A program made the translations under genes and the position numbers. Positions 56,813 to 57,777 of a stretch of DNA of 57,777 nt are shown here, piece after piece (position 1 is the first letter of the stretch; the number at the start of each line of letters is the position of its first letter). The notes under the pieces were generated by a model. The model was not told the origin of the DNA and searched no databases. It worked only from the letters and a program-made list of their open reading frames with translations. Source of the DNA: Candidatus Microgenomatus auricola (GTDB taxonomy: Bacteria > Patescibacteriota > Patescibacteriia > SBBC01); NCBI GenBank assembly GCA_005239865.1, contig SBBC01000033.1, forward strand, positions 1 through 57,777, given 5' to 3'.

Positions 56813-57777
56813 ATGGCCTTAACCTGGCAACGGGTTGCGCACCTGCGAACGGACGAGCGGAAGGAGCTGCAGAATCATCTGCTTCGGAAATTCTTCCGGC
56901 ACCAACTGCCGTACTCCCCATACTACCGGCAGCTGTTCGAGCAGCACAAACTCAAGTTTGAAGACATCAAAACCGTCGACGACTTGCAGCGCGTGCCGTT
57001 CACTTCGAAGGCCGATTTAGCGCCGACCGAAGAAGACCGGGCCAAGCCGCGAACGTTTATCTTGCAGCCAGACGAGCGCCTGATCAAGCACCACGCTGCT
57101 AAAAGCACGCTCCTCAAAATCGTCTGGGGGAAAATCACCAAGCAGGACGTCAAAGCCAAACTCGAATGGCAGTACAAGCCGGTCCACATGCACTTCACCA
57201 CTGGTCGGACCGCCCTGCCGACACCATTCGTCTACTCCAGCCGCGACCTCGAAACGTTGAGGGAGACGGCCCGCCGTCTGTTCGACGTCGGCGGCTTTAC
57301 CAAAGACCTTCGAGCCTTGAACGGTTTTCCCTACTCGCCGCATTTGGCTTTTTGGTTGGCCTACTACGCCATGGTGACCGTTGGCATGACGAGCTTGGCG
57401 ACCGGCGGCGGCAAGGTCATGGGTACGCAGAAGATCATTGATGCCATGGAACGGCTGAAGATCAACCTCGCTACGTTCATTCCCGGTTACTGCTACCACC
57501 TGCTGCGCGAGGCGGTTAAGCAGCAACGCGATTTCTCCGATTTGAAGTTTTTGGTGTTCGGCGGCGAGCGGGTGAGCGATGGGTTGCGGCAAAAGGTGCG
57601 CGAGATGACTGATCAGCTCAAAGCGCGGGAAGTGCAGATTTACGCCACCTACGCTTTGACCGAGGCGAAGACGGCCTGGCTGCAGTGCAGCGAGACCACC
57701 GGCTACCATCTGTACCCGGACATGGAATACATCGAACTCGTTGACAAGGACGGTAATCGCGTACGCGATGGCGAGCC
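56813..57777 (+). CDS. PaaK/F390-synthetase-like adenylate-forming enzyme, partial (runs off the window)
   Basis: Own translation: MALTWQR...SPYYRQLF...DDLQRVPFTSKADL...HFTTGRTA...GGE...TYALTEAK...GYHL; absent from the ORF track because no stop is reached. Confidence 0.85.
   Translation, partial: MALTWQRVAHLRTDERKELQNHLLRKFFRHQLPYSPYYRQLFEQHKLKFEDIKTVDDLQRVPFTSKADLAPTEEDRAKPRTFILQPDERLIKHHAAKSTLLKIVWGKITKQDVKAKLEWQYKPVHMHFTTGRTALPTPFVYSSRDLETLRETARRLFDVGGFTKDLRALNGFPYSPHLAFWLAYYAMVTVGMTSLATGGGKVMGTQKIIDAMERLKINLATFIPGYCYHLLREAVKQQRDFSDLKFLVFGGERVSDGLRQKVREMTDQLKAREVQIYATYALTEAKTAWLQCSETTGYHLYPDMEYIELVDKDGNRVRDGE

Noticed and set aside
57017-57709. 230-aa minus-strand ORF
   Set aside because: Antisense shadow of the PaaK-like gene on the + strand.

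Overview
Bacterial window, most consistent with a Patescibacteria/CPR genome. That assignment is inferred from gene content and style and was not confirmed by a search. Positions ~0.7-36.3 kb form a visibly more AT-rich surface-glycan island: GT2/GT4/GT-C transferases, a Wzx flippase, a WbpB/D/E plus WbpI-like diamino-uronic acid pathway, two AsnB-like amidotransferases, methyltransferases, and NagB/GlmU-like genes. Two genes in it are broken by single-base slips in A6 runs. The remainder is GC-richer backbone: DNA-repair genes, three intact tRNAs, a CsoR-family regulator with trxA-trxB-gdhA, rnhB, yraN, nusA, hppA, three plsC-like genes and a partial PaaK-like ligase. Three structures stand out. 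(1) 'Russian-doll' tRNA genes: at two tRNA-Gly loci, and as a relic at tRNA-Cys, an older tRNA gene is split by a small element with TCCCG...CGGGA inverted ends that carries an intact, sequence-divergent tRNA with the same anticodon. (2) A ~1.3 kb unit at 47.6-48.9 kb, bounded by a promoter and a terminator, lacks a credible ORF and is densely helical; it is a candidate giant structured ncRNA with GGA-bearing loops. (3) A DUF559 endonuclease cassette sits between two diverged, in-frame copies of the hppA 3' end, a similar 'insert and replace' arrangement.
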